In this document: one piece after another, positions 1 to 8,337 of the stretch
Position numbering within the stretch: position 1 is the first letter of the stretch
How the letters are laid out: each line of letters starts with the position of its first letter
DNA from: a virus
Lineage: Duplodnaviria > Caudoviricetes
IMG/VR virus record: IMGVR_UViG_3300020042_002525
Location: 1-37,686 of that record
Strand: one strand, 5' to 3'
Length of the DNA: 37,686 bases
The notes under the pieces: model-generated
The model's input: only the letters and a program-made list of their open reading frames with translations
Databases searched by the model: none
Told to the model about the DNA's origin: nothing
Made by a program: the position numbers and the translations under genes

Positions 1-105
1 GCAGAGTTAGAAAGTGGCAAAGTAAAAGTAATAGGTAACGATGTAGTAGACAACATTGAGTTTGATAGTGATTATACTTCAAACAATGTAATATTTGAGC
101 CATGA
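1..105 (+). CDS. Partial 3' end of the hypothetical virion gene seen whole at 36218-36619
   Basis: AELESGKVKVIGNDVVDNIEFDSDY...FEP*; its TGA overlaps the portal ATG. Confidence 0.85.
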   Translation, partial: AELESGKVKVIGNDVVDNIEFDSDYTSNNVIFEP

Positions 106-1172
106 AACTAAACGACATTAAAGACTTCTTTAAAAAGGGGCCTGTTAACTTAACCATGCAGGAAACTGCAAGCGTAAGTAAGTTTAACAGAATAGAACTA
201 CCAAAGATTACAGAGGTTAAGAGCAAAGACTGGGTAAGTTATGGAGTTAATAACATGTACCCTAATGAGTTAATGGCTTTAACTTCTACAAGTGCAATAC
301 ATAACGCTATTATAAAAACTAAGTCGATGCTACAAGCAGGATCAGATATATTAATAGAAGGTACTGCAACACTTGAAGGAAGTGAGGAATATATTAAGGC
401 TTTGCCACTTAACGAAAGTATAAAGTTAAGAAGGCAGATAAAACAATTCGATAAAGTTCGACATAACTTAGCAGCAGACTTTCAAACATTTGGAGCGTAT
501 GCTTACGAAGTAATTTACTCAGTAGACTTTAAAAACATTTTAGAGATTAACCACGTAAACGTATCGCTTATAAGAAGTGGTAAACTTAACGGAAATGGTA
601 ACGTAGAAGAGTATTACTATTCTCGTAACTGGCTTAATACAATGAATAGTAAACCGGAACGCATAGCAGCATTTGACTTGACAAACAAAACAGATGCAAG
701 GCAGTTGGTATATCGGTTTAACTATTCGCCTGAGCAGGAGTATTACGGAATACCTACCTACCAAAGTGCTTTAAGTTGGATTAAATTAGATAGTGAGATA
801 GGTTTGTTTCACTTATCGAATATAGAGAATGGCTTTTTTCCATCGTTACACATGGCTTACTTTAAGTTACCAAGTTCAAACGAAGAGAAACAAACTATTT
901 TAAACATGCAAAAACAGCAGTTTAAAGGAGCAGATAAAGCTGGTAAGGTAATTACAACGTTTAGCGATGGTAAAGACTTAGCTGCTGAGATTAACCCTAT
1001 ACAAGTTAGTGACTTAGATAAACAATTTATTCTAATAGGCGAAAGTTGTGTGCAACAAATCATATCAGCGCATCGAGTTACTTCGCCTATGTTATTAGGT
1101 ATAGCAACCAGCGGAAAGTTAGGATACTCAAATGAGTTGGAGAATGCGTTTAAGATATTTGAAAAGACAGTA
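1..1172 (+). repeat. Left copy of imperfect terminal direct repeat (matches 36515-37686)
   Basis: Colinear with 36515-37686 at a constant offset of 36,514 with no indels; about 58 mismatches by hand count (~95% identity). Confidence 0.97.
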
Positions 1173-1277
1173 GTTGCTCCTGAGCGTTCTATGTTGGAGA
1201 AAGACTTTAACGACATTATGCGTTACAATAACTTTAGTGAGCGAATAGATTTATCAACTTTTAATATTTTATTGTAA
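102..1277 (+). CDS. Phage portal protein
   Basis: 391 aa; YYGIPTY, NIENGFFPS, GADKAGK and HRVTSPMLLG motifs typical of Bacteroidota phage portals; lies in the head operon. Confidence 0.85.
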   Translation: MKLNDIKDFFKKGPVNLTMQETASVSKFNRIELPKITEVKSKDWVSYGVNNMYPNELMALTSTSAIHNAIIKTKSMLQAGSDILIEGTATLEGSEEYIKALPLNESIKLRRQIKQFDKVRHNLAADFQTFGAYAYEVIYSVDFKNILEINHVNVSLIRSGKLNGNGNVEEYYYSRNWLNTMNSKPERIAAFDLTNKTDARQLVYRFNYSPEQEYYGIPTYQSALSWIKLDSEIGLFHLSNIENGFFPSLHMAYFKLPSSNEEKQTILNMQKQQFKGADKAGKVITTFSDGKDLAAEINPIQVSDLDKQFILIGESCVQQIISAHRVTSPMLLGIATSGKLGYSNELENAFKIFEKTVVAPERSMLEKDFNDIMRYNNFSERIDLSTFNILL

Positions 1278-1828
1278 TGAGATTATTCGTAAGCGAAACA
1301 TACTTAAAAACAATTACTCCTACTGCTGGTAACATCGATGTAGCTGAGTTATTGCCACACGTACAAGAAACACAAGATAATAGAGTACAAGCGTTATTCG
1401 GTAGCAAGTTCTACAACGAACTAATCGATAACGACCATGTACTTACAGCAGACGAAGAGGCATTGTTATTAATAACAAGACCTTACCTTGCATGGTACAT
1501 TGTTTATGATGCTTTGCCTTTCATTCATTTTAAAATGAAGCCTAAAGGTTTGGTTAAAATGACTAATGATACATCGCAACCTACTGACTTAGCTGAGTTA
1601 AAGTACATAAGAGAGGAACTAAAGAACAAGGCAGAGCAATACGGACAAAGATTGCAAGACTACTTATGGGACAATAGAGCGTTATTCACTTCTTATAAGA
1701 ACTACGACTGCCCATTGGCACCTGACCAAAGTACTACATTTAGTTGCGACATAGCATTTGATACAGATACACCAACAGGCAACGGAATAACAGGATCACA
1801 AATAGCTAAATATTTATATGGAATTTAA
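1277..1828 (+). CDS. Putative head-tail adaptor/connector protein
   Basis: 183 aa, helical, coupled to the portal gene by a TAATG overlap; position-based call. Confidence 0.5.
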   Translation: MRLFVSETYLKTITPTAGNIDVAELLPHVQETQDNRVQALFGSKFYNELIDNDHVLTADEEALLLITRPYLAWYIVYDALPFIHFKMKPKGLVKMTNDTSQPTDLAELKYIREELKNKAEQYGQRLQDYLWDNRALFTSYKNYDCPLAPDQSTTFSCDIAFDTDTPTGNGITGSQIAKYLYGI

Positions 1829-2021
1829 TCTTCATAATGGCAACCCATTGCCCTCATTATTACTAAGTGCGGTTAGTGGCATAACTTACATGTTTAGTCA
1901 GTTAAACATTTATACTGTTGGTATTCCTAATATAATTTTGCAGTCCGTTTCATTACTTGCAGGAATGATTGCAATAGTTAGCGGAATAGTAGCCATAAGA
2001 AAAAACATGCGCAAATGGTAA
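1818..2021 (+). CDS. Small membrane protein, holin candidate
   Basis: 67 aa, two hydrophobic segments, basic C-terminus (IRKNMRKW), directly before the endolysin. Confidence 0.55.
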   Translation: MEFNLHNGNPLPSLLLSAVSGITYMFSQLNIYTVGIPNIILQSVSLLAGMIAIVSGIVAIRKNMRKW

Positions 2022-2419
2022 GTAAACATATTAGTTACAGCGAAGCGACTACAAGTCCTACAGGTTTACGATTAGGTATCGATAACACTCCTAATAGTGT
2101 TGAGTTAAAAGCTATGCTATTGGTAGCAGATAAATGCTTTGAGCCTTTAAGAGAATGGTATGGAAAGCCTATTAAGATTAACAGCTTCTATAGATGTAAG
2201 GCTTTGAATACTGCTGTCGGTGGTTCGGCTACAAGCGACCATATTAATGGCTGTAGTATAGACCTTACAGGAGGTAACAAAGAGGAAAACGAAAAGTTAT
2301 TTAATTGGGCAAAAGATAATTTAGAATTTGACCAGTTAATAAATGAGTATGACTTTACATGGGTGCATATTAGTTACAGAGCAAGTGGTAATCGTAAACA
2401 AATAAAAGTAATTAAATGA
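2015..2419 (+). CDS. Endolysin, peptidase M15A-type Zn peptidase
   Basis: INSFYRC..LN.AVGGSATSDH..G..ID and WVHIS Zn-ligand motifs. Confidence 0.88.
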   Translation: MVSKHISYSEATTSPTGLRLGIDNTPNSVELKAMLLVADKCFEPLREWYGKPIKINSFYRCKALNTAVGGSATSDHINGCSIDLTGGNKEENEKLFNWAKDNLEFDQLINEYDFTWVHISYRASGNRKQIKVIK

Positions 2420-2916
2420 TAACACTTGCAGGTATAGCTGCTAAATTTACAGCAGCCAAAGGCTCAGACCTTATTAAAAATGTTAGCGAAGCAGTTGACA
2501 AGTTTGTTGATACCAAAGCTGAGAAAGCAGAACGTGACATTAAGTTACAAGAGATGGTTAACAACTACAACTTAGAGTTAACTAAGTTAGCAAACGAAAG
2601 CGACAAACAATTTTTAGCTGACATTCAAAATAGCAGAGATGCAAACGTTAAGATACAAGAGAGCGACAAGTCTTCATGGTTAGCTAAGAACGTTGGTTAC
2701 ATATTAGACTTGTTCTTAGGTGTTATTTGGGGTGCAGTTACTGCTTTCATAGTAGCTAAAGCACTTAAGTTAGCTGGCGATAATATAGATATGACTGCTG
2801 TACTTTCTATTTATGGAACTATAACAGCTGTATTCATGATGACTATGAGTTTCCATAGAGGTACTTCAAAAGGTAGTGAAGATAAATCAAAAGAACTTAG
2901 GAACTATAGAAAATAA
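2416..2916 (+). CDS. Holin-like membrane protein (GTA 3TM holin-like)
   Basis: N-terminal coiled coil, C-terminal hydrophobic helices and a GTSKGS..K tail; follows the endolysin. Confidence 0.6.
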   Translation: MITLAGIAAKFTAAKGSDLIKNVSEAVDKFVDTKAEKAERDIKLQEMVNNYNLELTKLANESDKQFLADIQNSRDANVKIQESDKSSWLAKNVGYILDLFLGVIWGAVTAFIVAKALKLAGDNIDMTAVLSIYGTITAVFMMTMSFHRGTSKGSEDKSKELRNYRK

Positions 2917-2920
2917 TATT

Positions 2921-2928
2921 TATATTTG
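2921..2928 (+). promoter_or_regulatory. Bacteroidota sigma70 -7 element (TATATTTG)
   Basis: Exact TAnnTTTG match; no ORF follows, only ~65 nt and a terminator. Confidence 0.5.
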
Positions 2929-2932
2929 CGTG

Positions 2933-3000
2933 TCCTTTTGGATAGGTTTATTTTGGTTAATAAATGTTAGCTACTGATTTAAAAGTCAGTAGCTTTTTTA
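2933..3000 (+). ncRNA. Candidate antisense small RNA
   Basis: Lies between a -7 element and an intrinsic terminator; stem TTTATT/AATAAA (2947-2964) with loop TTGGTT complementary to AACCAA in early-gene leaders. Confidence 0.42.
2969..2999 (+). terminator. Intrinsic terminator ending the lysis operon/sRNA
   Basis: AGCTACTGA...TCAGTAGCT stem followed by a T-run; located between convergent genes. Confidence 0.85.
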
Positions 3001-3228
3001 TTTGTTAAACATTCTATAAGTTAACTCAGCAAACACACTTACAAGACTTGCGATAAACACATCGCCATACATTATAAAGCCTATCCAAAAGCCACTACAT
3101 AAAGCGCAATCTAATAACCTACGAAGCATACCAGTAATAAATAATTTATCCTTTACCCATTCAATAGGTTCGTTAACTACGAATAGATAACTAAAGCAGA
3201 CTACTCCTGCGAATTTAATAAGTTCCAT
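2998..3228 (-). CDS. Small membrane protein with CxxC (DUF1360-like)
   Basis: Hydrophobic 76 aa; LLDCALCSGFW motif. Confidence 0.6.
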   Translation of the reverse strand: MELIKFAGVVCFSYLFVVNEPIEWVKDKLFITGMLRRLLDCALCSGFWIGFIMYGDVFIASLVSVFAELTYRMFNK

Positions 3229-3680
3229 TGTTCTTTTAATTTGTTTCTAATCTTTTCTACATCCCTCCAAATCATACTATAAGTTAGCTTAACCTTTAAC
3301 TCACTAATAATTGTAGGTATCTTCTTACGTTCTACATAGTACAAGGTGTATAATGTTAGTTCGTATTTGTTTAATATCTTTAAGTCAACATCGCAACTAA
3401 CAAACTCGCACTCTTCCTGTATTACATCTAAGTCAATATCTGTTAGTTGCTCTTTGCTGTTATTCTCTTTGGCTATCTCGCTGTTATTCCAACTGCAAGA
3501 CTGGTAAATATATCTTACACAATAAGCCTCTAAGTTCTTAATATCTTTAGCCTCCAATAAGTGTAAGTATAGCAGACTGATAATCGCTTCAGGTTCGTAT
3601 CGTTTGCCTGACTTAAATATAGCAGTCCTTGCTATACTAACTAACTTAGAGTAGTTTTGAGATATGTAAGTATTAACCAA
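3201..3680 (-). CDS. ECF-sigma-factor-like protein (probable late sigma)
   Basis: Region-2-like N-terminus (YSKLVSIAR...EAIISLLYLHLL) and region-4-like HTH (LYYVERKKIPTIISEL...IWRDVEKIRNKLK); TTG start. Confidence 0.6.
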   Translation of the reverse strand: MVNTYISQNYSKLVSIARTAIFKSGKRYEPEAIISLLYLHLLEAKDIKNLEAYCVRYIYQSCSWNNSEIAKENNSKEQLTDIDLDVIQEECEFVSCDVDLKILNKYELTLYTLYYVERKKIPTIISELKVKLTYSMIWRDVEKIRNKLKEQWNLLNSQE

Positions 3681-4449
3681 TTAAGTCAATTATATTAGCT
3701 ACTTGCGTAGTGCTATAAATCCTTTCCTCACTACCTGCTAACAAAGCCTTACCATTAATCTTAAAATCGTTGTAATGGTCTTCTAACTTTTCGATTCTGT
3801 TTTTAAAGTTAGCGTTTGCAGAACTATTAAGTAACTTAGTTCTTATCTCATTACGCACATAGCTGAGGTGGTGCATGGTTAACTCTAACCTACTAAACTC
3901 ATGTACAACTTTACAAGGTACTTTGCGAGTTGGATCGGCTAACAAGTTCCATTTAGTAGACAGCGTATAGTTAGCGTGTGTAATCTTATGAATGAAAGGT
4001 ACATAGTATTCCTCTGCTGGTGTTATAATGCAGTTAGGGTACTTATAATAGGTCTTCATTTTACAAGCAGTAGCTTCTATATCATTACTACTAATTATCT
4101 TTTTAGCCTTATCAAACTCAGCTTTTAGATATAACTCATCGCAATCTATATTAAGATGATGCGTGTAGCCTGTATTCCTTGCGTAGTTTAAACCTAAGTT
4201 ACGCTTTGCTAATTCGTTTTGGTGCGGTGTTTTTTTGAAGTCGGTATCGTAATGAATGATAACATCGATAAGACCTTGTACTTGTAAGGCTTCTAATACT
4301 TTAGCGGTATTAACTTCGCTTTCGTTACCATGATTAGATACGTTCTGCCATACTACAATAATACAATCTACTGAGTTACGAATAGATTTAAGAGAGTGAG
4401 GCAAAAGTTCTAAGCCATCGAAAGCATTATAGGCTGCTGATAGTTTCAT
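3673..4449 (-). CDS. Glycosyltransferase, GT-A fold (GT2-like)
   Basis: LPHSLKSIR..VDCIIVV, KRNLGL, IDCDE (DxD) and MHHLSYVR motifs. Confidence 0.8.
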   Translation of the reverse strand: MKLSAAYNAFDGLELLPHSLKSIRNSVDCIIVVWQNVSNHGNESEVNTAKVLEALQVQGLIDVIIHYDTDFKKTPHQNELAKRNLGLNYARNTGYTHHLNIDCDELYLKAEFDKAKKIISSNDIEATACKMKTYYKYPNCIITPAEEYYVPFIHKITHANYTLSTKWNLLADPTRKVPCKVVHEFSRLELTMHHLSYVRNEIRTKLLNSSANANFKNRIEKLEDHYNDFKINGKALLAGSEERIYSTTQVANIIDLIG

Positions 4450-4574
4450 TTAGTTTGGTACCACATTTCTCCTGTAGCTGGGTTTATAACTGTAAACACT
4501 TTTGTAATACCTTTCAAACTATCGGTTACATTCTCTACAATTAGTTTATCTTTTTGTTCTTGTGTAATTATCAT
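4446..4574 (-). CDS. 42-aa hypothetical protein not in the ORF track
   Basis: MIITQEQKDKLIVENVTDSLKGITKVFTVINPATGEMWYQTK*; TAATG overlap upstream and ATGA overlap downstream. Confidence 0.7.
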   Translation of the reverse strand: MIITQEQKDKLIVENVTDSLKGITKVFTVINPATGEMWYQTK

Positions 4575-5176
4575 TACTTCTTAGGATAAATATAAATAAT
4601 ACCACGTTTAGCACCTGTAGCCTCTGAGTTATACTCAACTACATACTTATCTTTGCCATAGATAGTTTCAATACTTGAAGCAATCCACTCCCAGTTATAA
4701 ACAATATCTTTGTAAACATCGAAGCCTAACTCAGGGTGGTTTGGAACTACGAAGTCATGAATAGCGATAACAGGTTTTAAGTTATGCTTAGCGATAATAG
4801 CTAACTCATTTAATAATGGGTTGTGTGCTAACCAATGAGCATCTAAAAAGCAAAAGATATTACTTTTGTTAGGTGCCTTTGGGTTAATCTCAGCTAACAA
4901 AGTATCTAACACTACATCGCTACTACCTTTGTGTAAGGTTACATTTGGAGTACCTGAAAGGTTGTTAAATGCGTGAGCGTAGTTCTCATCGTTAATCTCA
5001 ATAGTATGTACTTGCTTAGCCATTGTAGCTAACTGCTTAGTAGTACCACCTTTGTAAGTACCAGTTTCGTAAATGGTATGTACTTTAAATTGTGTACATA
5101 AGTCTGTAAACTTTTGCTTTGCAAATGTGTCGCCTTCAAAGCCTAAGGCGTTCTGTTTTAAGTAGTCTGTATTCAT
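4574..5176 (-). CDS. Class I SAM-dependent methyltransferase (Methyltransf_24-like)
   Basis: YETGTYKGGT motif I, TIEI, HKGSSD, FLDAH and IAIHDF. Confidence 0.82.
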   Translation of the reverse strand: MNTDYLKQNALGFEGDTFAKQKFTDLCTQFKVHTIYETGTYKGGTTKQLATMAKQVHTIEINDENYAHAFNNLSGTPNVTLHKGSSDVVLDTLLAEINPKAPNKSNIFCFLDAHWLAHNPLLNELAIIAKHNLKPVIAIHDFVVPNHPELGFDVYKDIVYNWEWIASSIETIYGKDKYVVEYNSEATGAKRGIIYIYPKK

Positions 5177-5187
5177 ATATTTAGTTA

Positions 5188-5817
5188 TTAATTTTCAGCA
5201 AATAAGCACTCGTTGCAAGGAGGATAAATCTTAAATATTTCCTCCCTCCAATTTTCGCACAAAGGTATATTTTTTTTAGTAGGTAAACCTGACGAACTTG
5301 AACAAGGATAAATCATACCATCGACAAACTCAACCGTATCTGAGTGACCTCTAAAGCACATTTTAGTACCTCGTTTAGATAAGTCATCATGTATAACTTT
5401 AGCTGAGTAAATCTCTTTGTTAGGGTACAACTCTCTTATAAATTCTATCTCACTTGTGTTATCGGGACTGCCTACAAAAGTATCTTTAGTATAGTTAGTA
5501 ATATGTATTTGGTCGAAGTGTTGCCATACTTCAGGCTTCTTTCTAAACATAGTACCATTAGTCCATACAGTTAAACTTTCACACTCAAATAGTTCTTTGA
5601 ACTTAGGCACAAACTCTTCAAATTTAGGGTGTACCGATGGCTCGCCTCCTGTTAAATTTATTCTCTTAACACCTTTAAAGTATACAGCAGAGTTAACGTA
5701 GTAGTCCCAACTATAGAACGACTTCATAGACTTAGGTAATGCTGTAATACCAGCGCAACAATTAGGACACTTCATATTACAATGAGTAGTAAAAGAATAG
5801 TTAATGCAGTTAATCAT
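5188..5817 (-). CDS. Radical SAM enzyme with Cys-rich (twitch/SPASM-like) C-terminus
   Basis: CNMKCPNC (CxxxCxxC), LTGGEP, WTNG; C-terminal KMCF...DGMIYPC...PLC...CNEC. Confidence 0.9.
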   Translation of the reverse strand: MINCINYSFTTHCNMKCPNCCAGITALPKSMKSFYSWDYYVNSAVYFKGVKRINLTGGEPSVHPKFEEFVPKFKELFECESLTVWTNGTMFRKKPEVWQHFDQIHITNYTKDTFVGSPDNTSEIEFIRELYPNKEIYSAKVIHDDLSKRGTKMCFRGHSDTVEFVDGMIYPCSSSSGLPTKKNIPLCENWREEIFKIYPPCNECLFAEN

Positions 5818-6494
5818 AACCCTTTCATTTTAAATATTGTTTTATCTGTTATAGTATGTTCCTGACCAACGTAGGCTAAATGAATTGTATTACTTATTAA
5901 TTTAGCACCAGTAAAGTAAGCAGCTAAAGTTAGTCCGCTTTGGTCTTGTCGATGAAATAAAAAGCGTTTATCTTCGCTTTGGTTATCGTGCTCTCGTGAA
6001 CCTTTAAATACTCCCTCCAGTGCAAACTGAGCAAAAAGACTTCCTATATCTTCACCAAAACTATTAAGATTTAACCCAAAAATACAACTCCAAACTTCGT
6101 GAATAGTTTCTGCTGCGTTCCTTGATATACCAACTATATCTAAAGCCTTATCACTTATCGTTTGTGCGCCGTTATAACCACTATCAATTAAGTAGTAACC
6201 TTTATTTTCTATTATATCGAATATAGGTTGTGGGTGCTGATGTAACCAAACAGAACAATCTAACCAAAGTATTTGTTCGTACCCTAACTTCTTAGCTTCA
6301 AATATTGCAGCAGCTTTAATTGTATAGGGACAATCACTTTTATAATAATCGTTTATAGTTGTATCACTAAAAAAAAGAGTATCACCAGTATAACCTACAT
6401 CGATTAAAGATTGTTTTAATCTTTGTTGACCCTCAGCATACCAGCTTGCGCCTCCTATGTATGCGTTTACTATTACTTGTTTACTTGATGCCAT
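5814..6494 (-). CDS. Nucleotide-diphospho-sugar transferase-like protein (GT-A)
   Basis: IKAAAI...ILWLDCS and HRQDQS motifs resemble GT8/GT34/GT77/DUF1647-type GT-A proteins. Confidence 0.6.
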   Translation of the reverse strand: MASSKQVIVNAYIGGASWYAEGQQRLKQSLIDVGYTGDTLFFSDTTINDYYKSDCPYTIKAAAIFEAKKLGYEQILWLDCSVWLHQHPQPIFDIIENKGYYLIDSGYNGAQTISDKALDIVGISRNAAETIHEVWSCIFGLNLNSFGEDIGSLFAQFALEGVFKGSREHDNQSEDKRFLFHRQDQSGLTLAAYFTGAKLISNTIHLAYVGQEHTITDKTIFKMKGL

Positions 6495-7068
6495 ACTTTG
6501 CTTTATGTGGTTGTTTATTAGTGTAGTTGTAGTGGAATAAAGGCTCGCTAATATAATTACTTTTTGTCAATATAGGGTTAAGCCTATCGGAATAATCTTT
6601 ATCCTCCCCATAACGCATATCTTTAAATCCTGCCTGTAACGCTTTGCTTCTTAGTACTGGGTTAAAGTGTATAATAGGGCGGTAATAAGTAAACGCTTCG
6701 TAACTCTTAGCATCTCTCCAAACTTCGCCAAACTTATGGCACCACGTTTGAGGGTTATCGCCATTAGTGGTCATCGTTCCGTTAATACCGATGCAGTCTA
6801 TACCATCGCTAATAGCGTTAAGGATAAGCTGGCAATAGTTATGCGCTGGCAAGTCATCATCATCAAAGAATACTATCCATTCGCCTTGCGCTTTCTCTAA
6901 TAGTTGCTGTCTTTTTTTACCTATTGACATCTCTTTGTTATCGCAAATTACAACTACTTCTACTTCGTCTAATTGGTTGTAGCTTATTTCGTAGTTAAAC
7001 TTTTCTAACAACTTACTAAACTGCTCAGAGCGTTCTATTACAGTTGCTATTAGTATGGATAGTTTCAT
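6481..7068 (-). CDS. Glycosyltransferase family 2
   Basis: LSILIAT, IGKKRQ, FFDDDD, GEDKDY. Confidence 0.88.
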   Translation of the reverse strand: MKLSILIATVIERSEQFSKLLEKFNYEISYNQLDEVEVVVICDNKEMSIGKKRQQLLEKAQGEWIVFFDDDDLPAHNYCQLILNAISDGIDCIGINGTMTTNGDNPQTWCHKFGEVWRDAKSYEAFTYYRPIIHFNPVLRSKALQAGFKDMRYGEDKDYSDRLNPILTKSNYISEPLFHYNYTNKQPHKAKYGIK

Positions 7069-7751
7069 AGTTTAGCTTTTAACCATGCGATGTGACCTTT
7101 AGCATGTTGGTTTAACTTAAAGTTGTTTGGGTAGTTGGTACGAACCAAGTCTAAGTATAACTTTTCGCCTTGATCCCACGTTGCGTTATTCTTTGCATTA
7201 ATAGCATCGTTACCTGTTACATGGGTAAAGTGTGGAAACACAATGTCATTACGAACTATTAGCCTACCTTCTAAGTCTGCTACATGAGTAAGCCAAGTGT
7301 CGCAAAACATGTGCTTAAACTCAGGGTAATAAATGTAATTGAACTGCTTGTAGTATTCCCAATCCATTATAGGTAAGGTAACAATCCAATGTTGAGTAGT
7401 ATCGAAAGTCTTTAGGACAAAATTTGTCCTATTACCTATAACGTTTAATAACGTTTCATCCCAATGCAAGGGACAATCGAAGTCATCGCTTATCACTACA
7501 ACGATGTCAAAGGTTAAAGACTTAGCAGCGTTGTTAATAGCTTCTACTGCATTAGAGTTAACGCCTATTAACATGCTTTCGCCATCGAAGTGCTTACGAT
7601 AGTCAGGTAGTTGGTCTGCTTCAATGCTTAACCAGTAGCTAAGTAAGTGAGGCTTCTTTGCTTTGCTAAGCCATTTGTGCATGGTCTTACTTGCAAGTTC
7701 TGCTCTGCCTCGTGAGGGGTGTATTAGTGTTATGTTACGCATAAAATCCAT
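7065..7751 (-). CDS. Glycosyltransferase family 2-like
   Basis: LIHPSRGR, AINNAA, VISDDF, HMFCD. Confidence 0.78.
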   Translation of the reverse strand: MDFMRNITLIHPSRGRAELASKTMHKWLSKAKKPHLLSYWLSIEADQLPDYRKHFDGESMLIGVNSNAVEAINNAAKSLTFDIVVVISDDFDCPLHWDETLLNVIGNRTNFVLKTFDTTQHWIVTLPIMDWEYYKQFNYIYYPEFKHMFCDTWLTHVADLEGRLIVRNDIVFPHFTHVTGNDAINAKNNATWDQGEKLYLDLVRTNYPNNFKLNQHAKGHIAWLKAKL

Positions 7752-8337
7752 TCGTTAATTTATTAAAATATTCTTTAGTTATCTTTTTGTCCCAGTTAAA
7801 GTGCGCCTTGTGTCCTGCCCCAACTGTTACACCATCGCCATGCTTAATACCAATAGCACCAATAGCAGGTATAGCCTTAAATGTTTTAGCCTTGCTTATC
7901 TCTAAGTCAATAAATGGAGAGCAACTCAGTTGCATGTTAAGCACTTCTTTAGTAAGCAACATCGACATCATGCTACTTCTATTCGGGTGCTTCATAACTC
8001 TAATACCTAAGCTATTAATGTGTATGTATATCGTTTCGTCTTGACCAAATAAAGCAGGGTTACCTAATCTATTCCATTCGTTAACTAATGTTTCGCAATA
8101 GTCAGCAGGGTAGTAGTCGTCATCTTCAAAGACAATAGCGTAGTCGTAATCTCTTTCTCTAAACACCTCATCAAATAGCCAAAAGTATCGCTCTGCTATA
8201 TCGTTAACTTTTGTTTCAGGTGGATAGTTGCAAATAAGATGTCCTAACTGCAACGTTTGATACGCAACCATGCGCTTACAACGTTCTAACCATTGCGGTC
8301 TATCGCCTCGTGTTGGTGTTATAATGCAGCCTACCAT
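7735..8337 (-). CDS. Glycosyltransferase family 2-like
   Basis: IITPTRGDR..WL...YQT and VFEDDDYYP motifs. Confidence 0.78.
   Translation of the reverse strand: MVGCIITPTRGDRPQWLERCKRMVAYQTLQLGHLICNYPPETKVNDIAERYFWLFDEVFRERDYDYAIVFEDDDYYPADYCETLVNEWNRLGNPALFGQDETIYIHINSLGIRVMKHPNRSSMMSMLLTKEVLNMQLSCSPFIDLEISKAKTFKAIPAIGAIGIKHGDGVTVGAGHKAHFNWDKKITKEYFNKLTNGFYA

Noticed and set aside
540-1216. Minus-strand ORFs within the portal gene (and similar shadows at 6667, 7787, 8655, 12212, 19824, 24562, 31090, 31960, 34690, 36441)
   Set aside because: They fully overlap well-supported genes on the opposite strand and lack recognisable motifs
5188-5817. QueE/7-deazaguanine DNA modification pathway
   Set aside because: No QueC, QueD, FolE or DpdA-like genes are present; the context is glycosyltransferases
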